IMG/VR virus record: IMGVR_UViG_3300019458_000014
Coordinates: 1 to 43,426 of that record
From: a virus
Length of the DNA: 43,426 bases
Reading direction: 5' to 3' (one strand)
In this document: one piece after another, positions 34,402-40,881 of the stretch
Layout: every line of letters begins with the position of its first letter
How positions within the stretch are numbered: the stretch's first letter is position 1
The notes under the pieces: model-generated
Seen by the model: the letters and a program-made list of their open reading frames with translations, nothing else
What the model was told of the DNA's origin: nothing
The model's database searches: none
Position numbers and translations under genes: made by a program

Positions 34402-34548
34402 CTACTTCGAGCCCTTCCGTACGGCCCTCGCCTTCGAGGCCTGGATCGCCCGCCCCTGACGGTCGGCCTTGGCCTTGGCGCCCTTGCCACGATAGACCTT
34501 GCCGCCCTTGCCATATCGGTAGCCGGTCCCCACCTTCTCGGTCGGCAT
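34402..34548 (-). CDS. Small Lys/Gly-rich basic protein, 48 aa
   Basis: MPTEKVGTGYRYGKGGKVYRGKGAKAKADRQGRAIQASKARAVRKGSK. Lys richness is unusual for non-coding high-GC DNA. Confidence 0.55.
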   Translation of the reverse strand: MPTEKVGTGYRYGKGGKVYRGKGAKAKADRQGRAIQASKARAVRKGSK

Positions 34549-34770
34549 CAGCAGCTCCCCGAGGACTTCGCGGTGAACTTCTCCCACTGGATGGTTCCGT
34601 GGCGAACAGGGGCGACGCGGAGGGTTCTCATGAACCCAGGCTCTTCCCAGCCGTCAAGCAGAACGGCTACGATGTCCCCGTGAACAGCGAGCGCTGGATG
34701 GTCACCGTGTGGTGTGCCGCCCTATCACTCGGAGTGATCGTCGGGATCGCCGTGTACGCGGTCGTGGTGA

Positions 34771-34789
34771 GCTGACGGGCCCCGTCGGC
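34771..34789. terminator. Hairpin GCTGACGGG-C-CCCGTCGGC between the RTX gene and the late-operon leader
   Basis: Read directly, 5 nt downstream of the RTX gene stop. Confidence 0.4.
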
Positions 34790-34793
34790 GCCC

Positions 34794-35345
34794 TCACCCC
34801 ACGCACTGCCCGGTGACGTGCGTGGTATGGGTCTCGATGTTCTGGATCGTGTCGGCAGCGGAGTCGTGGAAGTGGATCAGCTCATCGACGCCGGAGCCAC
34901 CGTTGATGAAGTCCGCACCGCAGCCAGCCAGGATCAGGTCGGTTCCATTATCGCCGTAGAGCGAGTCGGCAGACTGCCCATTCATGCCGATCCTATAGCC
35001 CTCGTAGAGGTCGTCGTTCCCGGCATTGCCGTGGATCGTGTCGCCGCCCGCACCACCCCAGATCCAATCCCCGCCGTCGCCACCGTGCACGACGTCGCCG
35101 AACTGCCCTGACTCCACGTTGTCCCAGCCACCGAACATCTGCCAGTTGGAAGCGGCCGATCCTGCGGTCCCATGAACCTCGCCCACGCACTCGTCGCCTG
35201 AGCCTCCTACCCCCGTCGGGGCGTTGCTGTGAACCAACGTCTGGTTGAACTCGTCCCTGCACGGACCTTGATGAGCCGAGGCGACGCTCGCCCCGAGCGC
35301 CACCACACCGAGCACCACGAGCAGATAACCGAGCCGCCTGAACAT
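34794..35345 (-). CDS. Secreted RTX-type calcium-binding repeat protein, 183 aa
   Basis: Signal peptide MFRRLGYLLVVLGVVALGASVASA. Six GGxGxDxUx-like nonapeptides (GGDGGDWIW, GGAGGDTIH, GNAGNDDLY, GDNGTDLIL, GCGADFIN, GGSGVDELI). SD GAGGAGG. Upstream in-frame Met codons are possible. Confidence 0.75.
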   Translation of the reverse strand: MFRRLGYLLVVLGVVALGASVASAHQGPCRDEFNQTLVHSNAPTGVGGSGDECVGEVHGTAGSAASNWQMFGGWDNVESGQFGDVVHGGDGGDWIWGGAGGDTIHGNAGNDDLYEGYRIGMNGQSADSLYGDNGTDLILAGCGADFINGGSGVDELIHFHDSAADTIQNIETHTTHVTGQCVG

Positions 35346-35630
35346 CCGTCGCCTCCTCGAGCTCCGGGCGGCCCCCCGACGCCCGAGGGCCCTCATGCCG
35401 GCCCGAGAACCCCAGCCGGCGACCATGCCGCCCCGCCGAGGTCGTCGCCTCGTACCGGACTTCGGGTGACCCCGGACCCCGGAGGATCCGCCACCTAGCG
35501 AACCGAGGGACCCGCGGAGCCGAGATCCGAGCTTCTGGGGGCTCGGGCCCCCCCGACGCCAGATCACCGGGAGGGCGCCTCCGCCCCGCGAGCACCTACC
35601 TGGTACGCATTCCAAGGCTCGCGCGGGCGG

Positions 35631-35885
35631 TCAAGCAGGTGGGTCCGGCGCGGGTTCGAGGATCGGCGAGATGTCGAAGCGGAAGGTCGTTCGTCCCTTC
35701 CACCGGTCGTCGCCGATCATGGCGCCGAGTCCGAGGTCGCGCTCGATAACCTCGCCGGCCACCGAGATCTGCTGGGCGAAGCGACTCTCGAGAACCTCGC
35801 GAGCTGCTTCGAACAGCTCCGAGATCTGCTGCGGTCCGGTGCCTTCGGCCCGGAGCTCACAGCGGTAGAGCATGGTCAGCCTCAT
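35631..35885 (-). CDS. Hypothetical protein, 84 aa
   Basis: MRLTMLYRCELRAEG... part of ORF 35631..35951. SD GGGAGGTG. Confidence 0.55.
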   Translation of the reverse strand: MRLTMLYRCELRAEGTGPQQISELFEAAREVLESRFAQQISVAGEVIERDLGLGAMIGDDRWKGRTTFRFDISPILEPAPDPPA

Positions 35886-35977
35886 GGCTTCACCTCCCGG
35901 GGTATCCGCCCCTGTCCCCAGCCGGGGCATCCACCCGGCCTGGTGAGGCAACCGTGGCGCTAGCGGTCAAGCAAGGG

Positions 35978-35983
35978 TAGGAT
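35978..35983 (+). promoter_or_regulatory. -10-like TAGGAT, 6 nt before GTG 35990 (leaderless candidate)
   Basis: Read directly. No convincing -35. Confidence 0.3.
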
Positions 35984-35989
35984 CGGGCC

Positions 35990-36148
35990 GTGAGCGTTCG
36001 AGACCTCGAGGCCCGCGACTGGTGGTTCCTGATCATCTGGGGCCTGTTCTGGGCGGCGGTGATCTTCATGGTGGTTGCCTCGATCGCGACCGGCGTGAGC
36101 GGTGGCGCCGGCGAAGGTGCGTACCCGGGAGCCCCGGTTCTCGGCTAA
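35990..36148 (+). CDS. Small membrane protein, 52 aa
   Basis: Hand translation VSVRDLEARDWWFLIIWGLFWAAVIFMVVASIATGVSGGAGEGAYPGAPVLG*. Confidence 0.45.
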   Translation: MSVRDLEARDWWFLIIWGLFWAAVIFMVVASIATGVSGGAGEGAYPGAPVLG

Positions 36149-36226
36149 GGCTCCGGCGAGGGCTCTGTAGGCCCGAACCGGCGAGGAAGTTCTTGGCGGC
36201 TTGACACGGCGCGCGACGGTGTTCCC

Positions 36227-36502
36227 GTGGCGTTTCGACCTCACACGACGACCGAGGACTGGGCCCATCAAGAGGCCCGTGCACTCTCGGCGCTCGAGGT
36301 CAACCGCGCCGCGATCGACTCCACACCACGAGGTACGCCTGCCGGCGCTCGTTCCCGGGGCCAGGCGCCCTTCATGGTGCTCAAGGCCAGGTGGGGCGGG
36401 TCCTGCCTAGCCTGCGGCCGCAAGATCCCTAGGCGTCGCCAGGTCCGCTACTGGTTCGACCGTGGGATCACCTGCCGCACCTGCACGCTGCCCGAGACAT
36501 AG
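36227..36502 (+). CDS. Zinc-ribbon protein, 91 aa (start uncertain)
   Basis: ORF track. C-terminal WGGSCLACGRKIPRRRQVRYWFDRGITCRTC has two CxxC pairs. Confidence 0.5.
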   Translation: MAFRPHTTTEDWAHQEARALSALEVNRAAIDSTPRGTPAGARSRGQAPFMVLKARWGGSCLACGRKIPRRRQVRYWFDRGITCRTCTLPET

Positions 36503-37110
36503 CAACCCGCCCGTCGGAAGCTCCCGTGGAGGCTTGCAAAGCGGTACAGGCCGACGGACGGGCCGAGTGAACGAGACCGCGACTTCGGCGATACGGAAGG
36601 GCGGAGCCCACAGCCCTCGAATCACGGGGGGCTCCGGGGGGGAGACCTGTGCCCTCAGTCCGGACCCCGACCAGATGAGAGAGGCCCCGGCGTCGAGCGC
36701 GCGGGGCCCCTCGGTGGTCGACTGCGTGTGGCGCACGACCGCCCCCAGGGTCCCACCCACGGTCTGTCCTGTCAACTACCGGCGGGACCGAAGGATATCC
36801 GGCCCGAAGGGCGATCCACCGAACATCATCCGGCGTAGGCTCGATCCGACCGCAGGGATGTCGGGTACAGGCGTGGGCGGTAGGATTAGAGGGTTTAGGC
36901 GCGCAGGGTCCACCCCGGGTCGCGACCGCGTGCGCGCGAGCGAGGGCCGAGAGTAACGGCGCTGCAGGGCATACCAGGACACACTACCGCTGGGGCAGGC
37001 ATGAGCCTTGCCGCTTGTGTGTGAATCCGGACATGGGCTCGGAGGGCCCAAGAATGGTCACCCCCTCCCCTGGAGCTAGTTCCTAGGCCCATCACGCCGA
37101 ACAAACGGAA

Positions 37111-37141
37111 GGGCCCGGCCGAGACCTACCCGGCCGGGCCC
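37111..37141 (-). terminator. Intrinsic-terminator-like hairpin (11-bp GC stem, 9-nt loop) ending the 40085..37156 operon
   Basis: GGGCCCGGCCG-agacctacc-CGGCCGGGCCC, followed on the minus strand by TTCCGTTTGTT. 15 nt after the stop at 37156. Confidence 0.7.
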
Positions 37142-37155
37142 CGTGCTCCCTCAAC

Positions 37156-37508
37156 CTACGCCGTCTGCTCCTCCTCCCCGTCGTCGACGTGGGTGCGCCC
37201 CGCCGGTCCCTCACCGGGCCGCTGGGCCGCTACGTCGATGGCGGCTCCGAGTGCCTCCCACAATGCGAGTGCCTCCGTCGGGTACAGCCACCACCCCCGG
37301 GACGTATGCCCGACGTACCCTTCGCGAGATCGCGGTACTTCCGGTCGGTGCGCCACTGATGCGCCGCTTCGGTCACGTACTCCCGAACGTCGACGGCGGC
37401 GCCGTTCCCGTTACCGGCATCCTTCACTTGCACGCGGATAACGTGCCCCCGCTTGCCAAGCGGGACCGTCGCGACATCGGCGACGACTTCCATCGCCTCG
37501 GCCATCAT
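37156..37508 (-). pseudogene. PC4/p15-like ssDNA-binding domain protein split over two overlapping frames (37230..37508 and 37156..37356)
   Basis: Frame A: VPLGKRGHVIRVQVKD...AAVDVREYV. Frame B (-1): GYVGHTSRGWWLYPTEALALWEALGAAIDVA. Together they resemble one PC4-like fold. The frame A tail looks like junk. Confidence 0.4.
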
Positions 37509-37705
37509 GACACCGCCGTCTCGTCCGGCAGCCATGCGCCGGCGTATCCGCAGCCGCACTCGACGAACAACGCGAGCGACCGAACGTCGGCCAGGACCGG
37601 ACTCACGCGGATGAGCGTGACCATCGGCAAGCAGCCCATTACGTGCACGTAGTGCCCGGAGCCGCACTCCGGGCACGTAATAGCCCGTCCCTCACGCGCG
37701 CTCAT
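37505..37705 (-). CDS. Zinc-ribbon protein, 66 aa (CPECGSGH ... CGCG)
   Basis: MSAREGRAITCPECGSGHYVHV... ATGA overlaps at both ends. Confidence 0.6.
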   Translation of the reverse strand: MSAREGRAITCPECGSGHYVHVMGCLPMVTLIRVSPVLADVRSLALFVECGCGYAGAWLPDETAVS

Positions 37706-38058
37706 GCGGCATCCCACCCGAACCGCTCCACGTCCCGGTCGGCGAGCCGGTCGGTCACGCCTTGCCAGTCGGCCCAGATGGCCGAAGGATGCTCCCCCAC
37801 CATCGACGCGAGCCGGTCGGCTTGCCAGTACCCGAACGTCCCACCCTTCCCGACCTTCTCCACGTCGCGCAGTGCTTGACGCGGCGTGATGCCGAATCGC
37901 GCGGCGTAGAACTCGCACCAAACCTTGACGCATCCGACGTCCGGCCGCTCAGTGCCCGGTCGGTCGGGCACAACGCCCCGCATAGCGCGCGCCAGATAAG
38001 GCCGCGCCGCCGATGCTGGAAAGGCCGCATGACCTTTCCGGTCTCTCTGAGGTTCCAC
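37702..38058 (-). CDS. Hypothetical protein, 118 aa (start uncertain; Met at 37983 possible)
   Basis: ORF track. SD GGAGGGG before GTG 38058. The first 25 codons have weak GC3 bias. Confidence 0.5.
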   Translation of the reverse strand: MEPQRDRKGHAAFPASAARPYLARAMRGVVPDRPGTERPDVGCVKVWCEFYAARFGITPRQALRDVEKVGKGGTFGYWQADRLASMVGEHPSAIWADWQGVTDRLADRDVERFGWDAA

Positions 38059-38085
38059 GGGAACCCCTCCGTTCTCGGGCCCATC

Positions 38086-38301
38086 TCACCGGGCCCGGTC
38101 GGGTGGCCGCGGTCTCACGCCGCGACCGTGCGAGCGTACAGCATCCTGTACGGCTTGTACAGCGTATCCGCGCAGATAGCGATTCTCCCCCGATGACGGC
38201 TGTAGGGCTATCCCGGCGGCCCATGCGAAGGCCCGCCGGCACGAGGCCGACGGGCCCGGATCGCAGGGCGGAACGAGGCTACTCGCCCAGATGCGATTCA
38301 A
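38086..38301 (-). CDS. Possible hypothetical protein, 71 aa
   Basis: TTGA coupling to the upstream gene, but the 3' half has poor codon bias and contains the operator-like motif. Confidence 0.3.
   Translation of the reverse strand: MNRIWASSLVPPCDPGPSASCRRAFAWAAGIALQPSSGENRYLRGYAVQAVQDAVRSHGRGVRPRPPDRAR
38133..38152. promoter_or_regulatory. Operator-like 20-mer AGCGTACAGCATCCTGTACG (6-4-6 inverted repeat GTACAG/CTGTAC), copy A
   Basis: 19 of 20 nt identical to 38971-38990. A third GTACAG half-site lies at 38157-38162. Confidence 0.45.
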
Positions 38302-38906
38302 GAACTGATCGGCGTCCCTGTCGTCCGCCCGATGCGCCGATCGTATTCGTCCAGCATGCCGGTCAGTAGGGCGACCCAGGCCGCCTCGGGGTCGCGGAGA
38401 CGCTCGCCCTCGTATGTCAGCGGCCCCGGATCGGGCGTCGCTCCGATAGCATCGAGCGTGGCGTCGCGGGCGACCATCCCACTGCCCGACCCCCAGGCCA
38501 CGTAGGACACGGCCTCATAAGCGGTGTTCGCGACCTCGTAGCGCGAGTCGGCGTCCTCGAGCTCGTAGGAGTCCTCGTAGGCCGCAGCCGCGTAGGCTGC
38601 GCCCTGAGCGAGCGCCTCGGCCCGTAGCCTGTGCTCCTCGCATGGGTGATCGGCCCAGGCGGACGTCGCGTCCCATGCTGCCCGTACTGCGGGGTGTGCG
38701 TAGCGCAGCACGTGCTCGGTCGGGCGCAGGCGACACAGCATCTGCACGCCGATGACCTGCATCTGCTCCTCGTCGCCGGAGGCGGTCCCCATCAGCCGTG
38801 GGGCGAGCGCCCAGAGCTGCTGACGACCGTCGTCACTGAGATGCTCATTGATCTGCGCTGCCGCCGTGCGAAGCACTGGATGGACGCGCATCTCGTCGAT
38901 GTTCAT
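38298..38906 (-). CDS. Hypothetical helical protein, 202 aa
   Basis: MNIDEMRVHPVL... part of ORF 38298..39011. SD GGGGGGAGAG. Confidence 0.6.
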   Translation of the reverse strand: MNIDEMRVHPVLRTAAAQINEHLSDDGRQQLWALAPRLMGTASGDEEQMQVIGVQMLCRLRPTEHVLRYAHPAVRAAWDATSAWADHPCEEHRLRAEALAQGAAYAAAAYEDSYELEDADSRYEVANTAYEAVSYVAWGSGSGMVARDATLDAIGATPDPGPLTYEGERLRDPEAAWVALLTGMLDEYDRRIGRTTGTPISS

Positions 38907-38937
38907 GTCTCTCCCCCCTTCGGGCAGCTCGCCTGCC

Positions 38938-39042
38938 TCACGCAGGGTCTCCCGCGATTCGAACGCTTCCAGCGTACAGCATCCTGCACGTCCCGGCTCC
39001 TCGGCACTCATCGCAGCGCGTCTCGAGAAGCGGTACGCTCAT
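38938..39042 (-). CDS. Micro-protein, 34 aa, with DnaJ-type CxxCxGxG motif
   Basis: MSVPLLETRCDECRGAGTCRMLYAGSVRIAGDPA*. ATGA overlap with the upstream gene. Confidence 0.4.
   Translation of the reverse strand: MSVPLLETRCDECRGAGTCRMLYAGSVRIAGDPA
38971..38990. promoter_or_regulatory. Operator-like 20-mer AGCGTACAGCATCCTGCACG, copy B
   Basis: 19 of 20 nt identical to 38133-38152. 65 nt upstream of ATG 38906. Confidence 0.45.
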
Positions 39043-39677
39043 GACCTCACCACCCGGAGGCCCTGACGCTCGGCCACGTTGCGCGCGTTCGCCTCGTAGC
39101 CGGCGAGCAGACGGTCGGCGATCTCGTGCAAGTGCCTCCCGACGTCGCGGTTGCCCTCCGTCCCGTTCCGGTCGGCCACGGCGATCTGCTCGTCTGCTTG
39201 GGCGCGGATACTGACGGCGGCGGCGAGCTCGTGGCCGTCCTCCAGCCGATAGACGCGCCGACAACCGTTGCACCGCGCAACCCCGACCATCCGGCCCCCG
39301 CGCCATGCTTGCTGAATCAGCGCGGCCGGCCCACCGTACCCGTTGCGGTGGATATGGAAGGGCTGAGGTTCCGGCCCCTCGGGGCATTGCAGGCTCGTCA
39401 GATAGCCGTTCCGAGCCGTGAACTGAACGGTTCCATGCTCGATCTCGGCCGGCTGCTCGAATCCCCACAGCGTAAGGCCCCGGTCGTAGGGGTCGAACCC
39501 GCCCGGCGCCACGTCGTCCTCGTCGGGGAACGGGAACCGGAAACGCACCGCGGCGAGCGTCTCGGGGTTGAACGTGTAGCCGTCGATTCGCCCGACCTGA
39601 TCGGCCCGCAGGTAGTACAGGTCCTCGCAGGTTCCGATCTTGACCTGGCGCCCTCCCAGCTTCGCGTATTCGCCCAT
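39039..39677 (-). CDS. Hypothetical protein, 212 aa (MGEYAKLGGRQVKIGTCEDLYYLRADQ N-terminus)
   Basis: ORF 39039..39719, start moved to ATG 39677 (coupled to the micro-ORF). Confidence 0.65.
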   Translation of the reverse strand: MGEYAKLGGRQVKIGTCEDLYYLRADQVGRIDGYTFNPETLAAVRFRFPFPDEDDVAPGGFDPYDRGLTLWGFEQPAEIEHGTVQFTARNGYLTSLQCPEGPEPQPFHIHRNGYGGPAALIQQAWRGGRMVGVARCNGCRRVYRLEDGHELAAAVSIRAQADEQIAVADRNGTEGNRDVGRHLHEIADRLLAGYEANARNVAERQGLRVVRS

Positions 39678-39745
39678 CACTGCACCCCTTCCCGGTTCGT
39701 CCATCCGCACCAGCGGCAACGACAGTTCGGAAAGTCCTCATTCAT
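39677..39745 (-). CDS. Micro-ORF, 22 aa (MNEDFPNCRCRWCGWTNREGVQ)
   Basis: Strong SD GGAGGAAGGG 7 nt upstream. ATGA/TGATG coupling on both sides. Confidence 0.3.
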   Translation of the reverse strand: MNEDFPNCRCRWCGWTNREGVQ

Positions 39746-39876
39746 GGTCGGACCCTTCCTCCGTGATAGCGGCCGCCACAGCGACACTCGCAGCGCGGCC
39801 CTCGGGCGTTCCAACAGGGCGCCGTGCAGGTTGCCGCCGAGCGGATGCGCCGGATGAGCCGCCGAAGGACCCGCAT
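39742..39876 (-). CDS. Micro-ORF, 44 aa, Arg/Cys-rich
   Basis: Hand translation MRVLRRLIRRIRSAATCTAPCWNARGPRCECRCGGRYHGGRVRP*. Coupled at both ends. Confidence 0.3.
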   Translation of the reverse strand: MRVLRRLIRRIRSAATCTAPCWNARGPRCECRCGGRYHGGRVRP

Positions 39877-40085
39877 CAGGCGTCCCTCCCGACGGCGTGA
39901 ACGACGACCCGCCACACGTCCGAGCGGCGGAATAGCTCGTCGGCCCGCCGGCCAGCCCGTCGGATCACGTCGGCCGCGTCGGGGTTCCCCGCGATCAGCT
40001 CGACGACCCGTGTACGGGTATCGAATCCGAGGGCTCGCACCACTCGCCCCCGTCGCGCGCCTTGCGCGTGTCGTACGTTGTCCAT
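39876..40085 (-). CDS. Hypothetical protein, 69 aa, first gene of the leftward operon
   Basis: ORF track. SD GGGGGAGGAG upstream of ATG 40085. Confidence 0.55.
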   Translation of the reverse strand: MDNVRHAQGARRGRVVRALGFDTRTRVVELIAGNPDAADVIRRAGRRADELFRRSDVWRVVVHAVGRDA

Positions 40086-40171
40086 CTCACCGGACTCCTC
40101 CCCCGAGGCCTCTCACGGGCCCCGACCTGGTAATACTCGCACGCCCCACCGACATCGGGCGACCAGGAGGC

Positions 40172-40201
40172 TTGACGCCCTATCCGTCGGCGTGCGAGAA
40201 T
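40172..40201 (+). promoter_or_regulatory. Candidate promoter TTGACG-18 nt-GAGAAT, ATG 7 nt after -10 (leaderless); same hexamers and spacing as the repressor promoter
   Basis: Read directly. No SD before ATG 40209. Confidence 0.5.
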
Positions 40202-40208
40202 CGCCGTC

Positions 40209-40508
40209 ATGCGATCGCTGCTCTACCCAGAGAAGCGCCGGCTGCGCGACGCTTACAAGCGCCGTGTGCGTGCAGAGGCCGACGTCGACCGGCAACTGCT
40301 CGAGTACGCGACCGACGGAGTGCCCTACTCCGAGCTCGCGGCCGTGCTCGAGATCACCAAGTCGGCCGTCGGGCAGCGACTCGCCGTGATCCGGGGTCGG
40401 GCGGTCGGTGGCGCCGCCGACCAGGGCTCCGCATCTCATCCGCAGGGTTCGCCCGCGGGCGGGGCCCGGCCCGACCCCGACCTGTCCGAGCGGCGCGGCC
40501 CTAGCTAG
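40209..40508 (+). CDS. Small HTH protein, sigma-70 region-4 / LuxR-like, 99 aa
   Basis: VPYSELAAVLEITKSAVGQRLAVIRGR HTH pattern. Confidence 0.65.
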   Translation: MRSLLYPEKRRLRDAYKRRVRAEADVDRQLLEYATDGVPYSELAAVLEITKSAVGQRLAVIRGRAVGGAADQGSASHPQGSPAGGARPDPDLSERRGPS

Positions 40509-40511
40509 GCG

Positions 40512-40880
40512 ATGGCACCGCGGCACCCCTCGGGCCCTCTCGTGCTGGCGGCTCTTTCCGTCGAGCTTGGGCGGGCAGTCCCGACGACCACCGTCGCCCG
40601 GCGGGTCGGTCACGCCGGCAGCCAATATGAGATCCGGCTCGTCCGTGAGGTCCTGTACGCCCTCTACATGGCCGGGCTCTGTGAGAAGCCCATGGGGCGC
40701 AGGCTCCGGTGGACGCTGACGACTCTTGGATGGCGCGCCGCCAGCACCGACGGAATGGACCACTCGGTCGCCTACTGGCAGCGGAAGTCACGTGATGCGT
40801 ATCACGTGATCCGCACCCTCGAGACGTACATCCGCACCCTCGAGGACGCGCTGTACCCGATGCGCCAAGTCGAGGCCTGA
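40512..40880 (+). CDS. Winged-helix DNA-binding protein, 122 aa
   Basis: LAALSVELGRAVPTTTVARRVG...LVREVLYALYMAGLCEKP...RWTLTTLG is a wHTH pattern. Confidence 0.6.
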   Translation: MAPRHPSGPLVLAALSVELGRAVPTTTVARRVGHAGSQYEIRLVREVLYALYMAGLCEKPMGRRLRWTLTTLGWRAASTDGMDHSVAYWQRKSRDAYHVIRTLETYIRTLEDALYPMRQVEA

Positions 40881-40881
40881 G

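Noticed and set aside
34794-35615. Full 273-aa version of the RTX ORF
   Set aside because: The N-terminal 90 residues are Arg/Gly-rich and lack an SD. ATG 35345 has GAGGAGG 7 nt upstream and gives a canonical signal peptide. A longer Tat-type leader starting at 35396 remains possible.
35346-35630. c-di-AMP (ydaO) riboswitch upstream of the RTX gene
   Set aside because: Only short loose resemblances (GGGGTCACCCGAAGTCCGG). The pseudo-two-fold conserved cores could not be identified, so this needs an Infernal scan before any claim.
35960-36271. Minus-strand ORF 35960..36271 (103 aa)
   Set aside because: Arg/Pro-rich with no SD. The opposite strand encodes a convincing 52-aa transmembrane peptide (35990..36148) behind a TAGGAT box.
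36407-37104. ORFs 36407..36775, 36462..36956, 36776..37051 and 36895..37104 in the large spacer
   Set aside because: Low-complexity Arg/Gly/Pro/Ser translations, mutually overlapping in several frames, with no SD or coupling. Treated as non-coding.
36671-40112. Inverted 12-mer match (GAGAGGCCCCGG at about 36671 versus the reverse complement of CCGAGGCCTCTC at about 40101) as recombinase target sites flanking an invertible segment
   Set aside because: One mismatch in 12 nt in a GC-rich 43-kb genome is expected by chance, and there is no extended dyad or flanking conservation.
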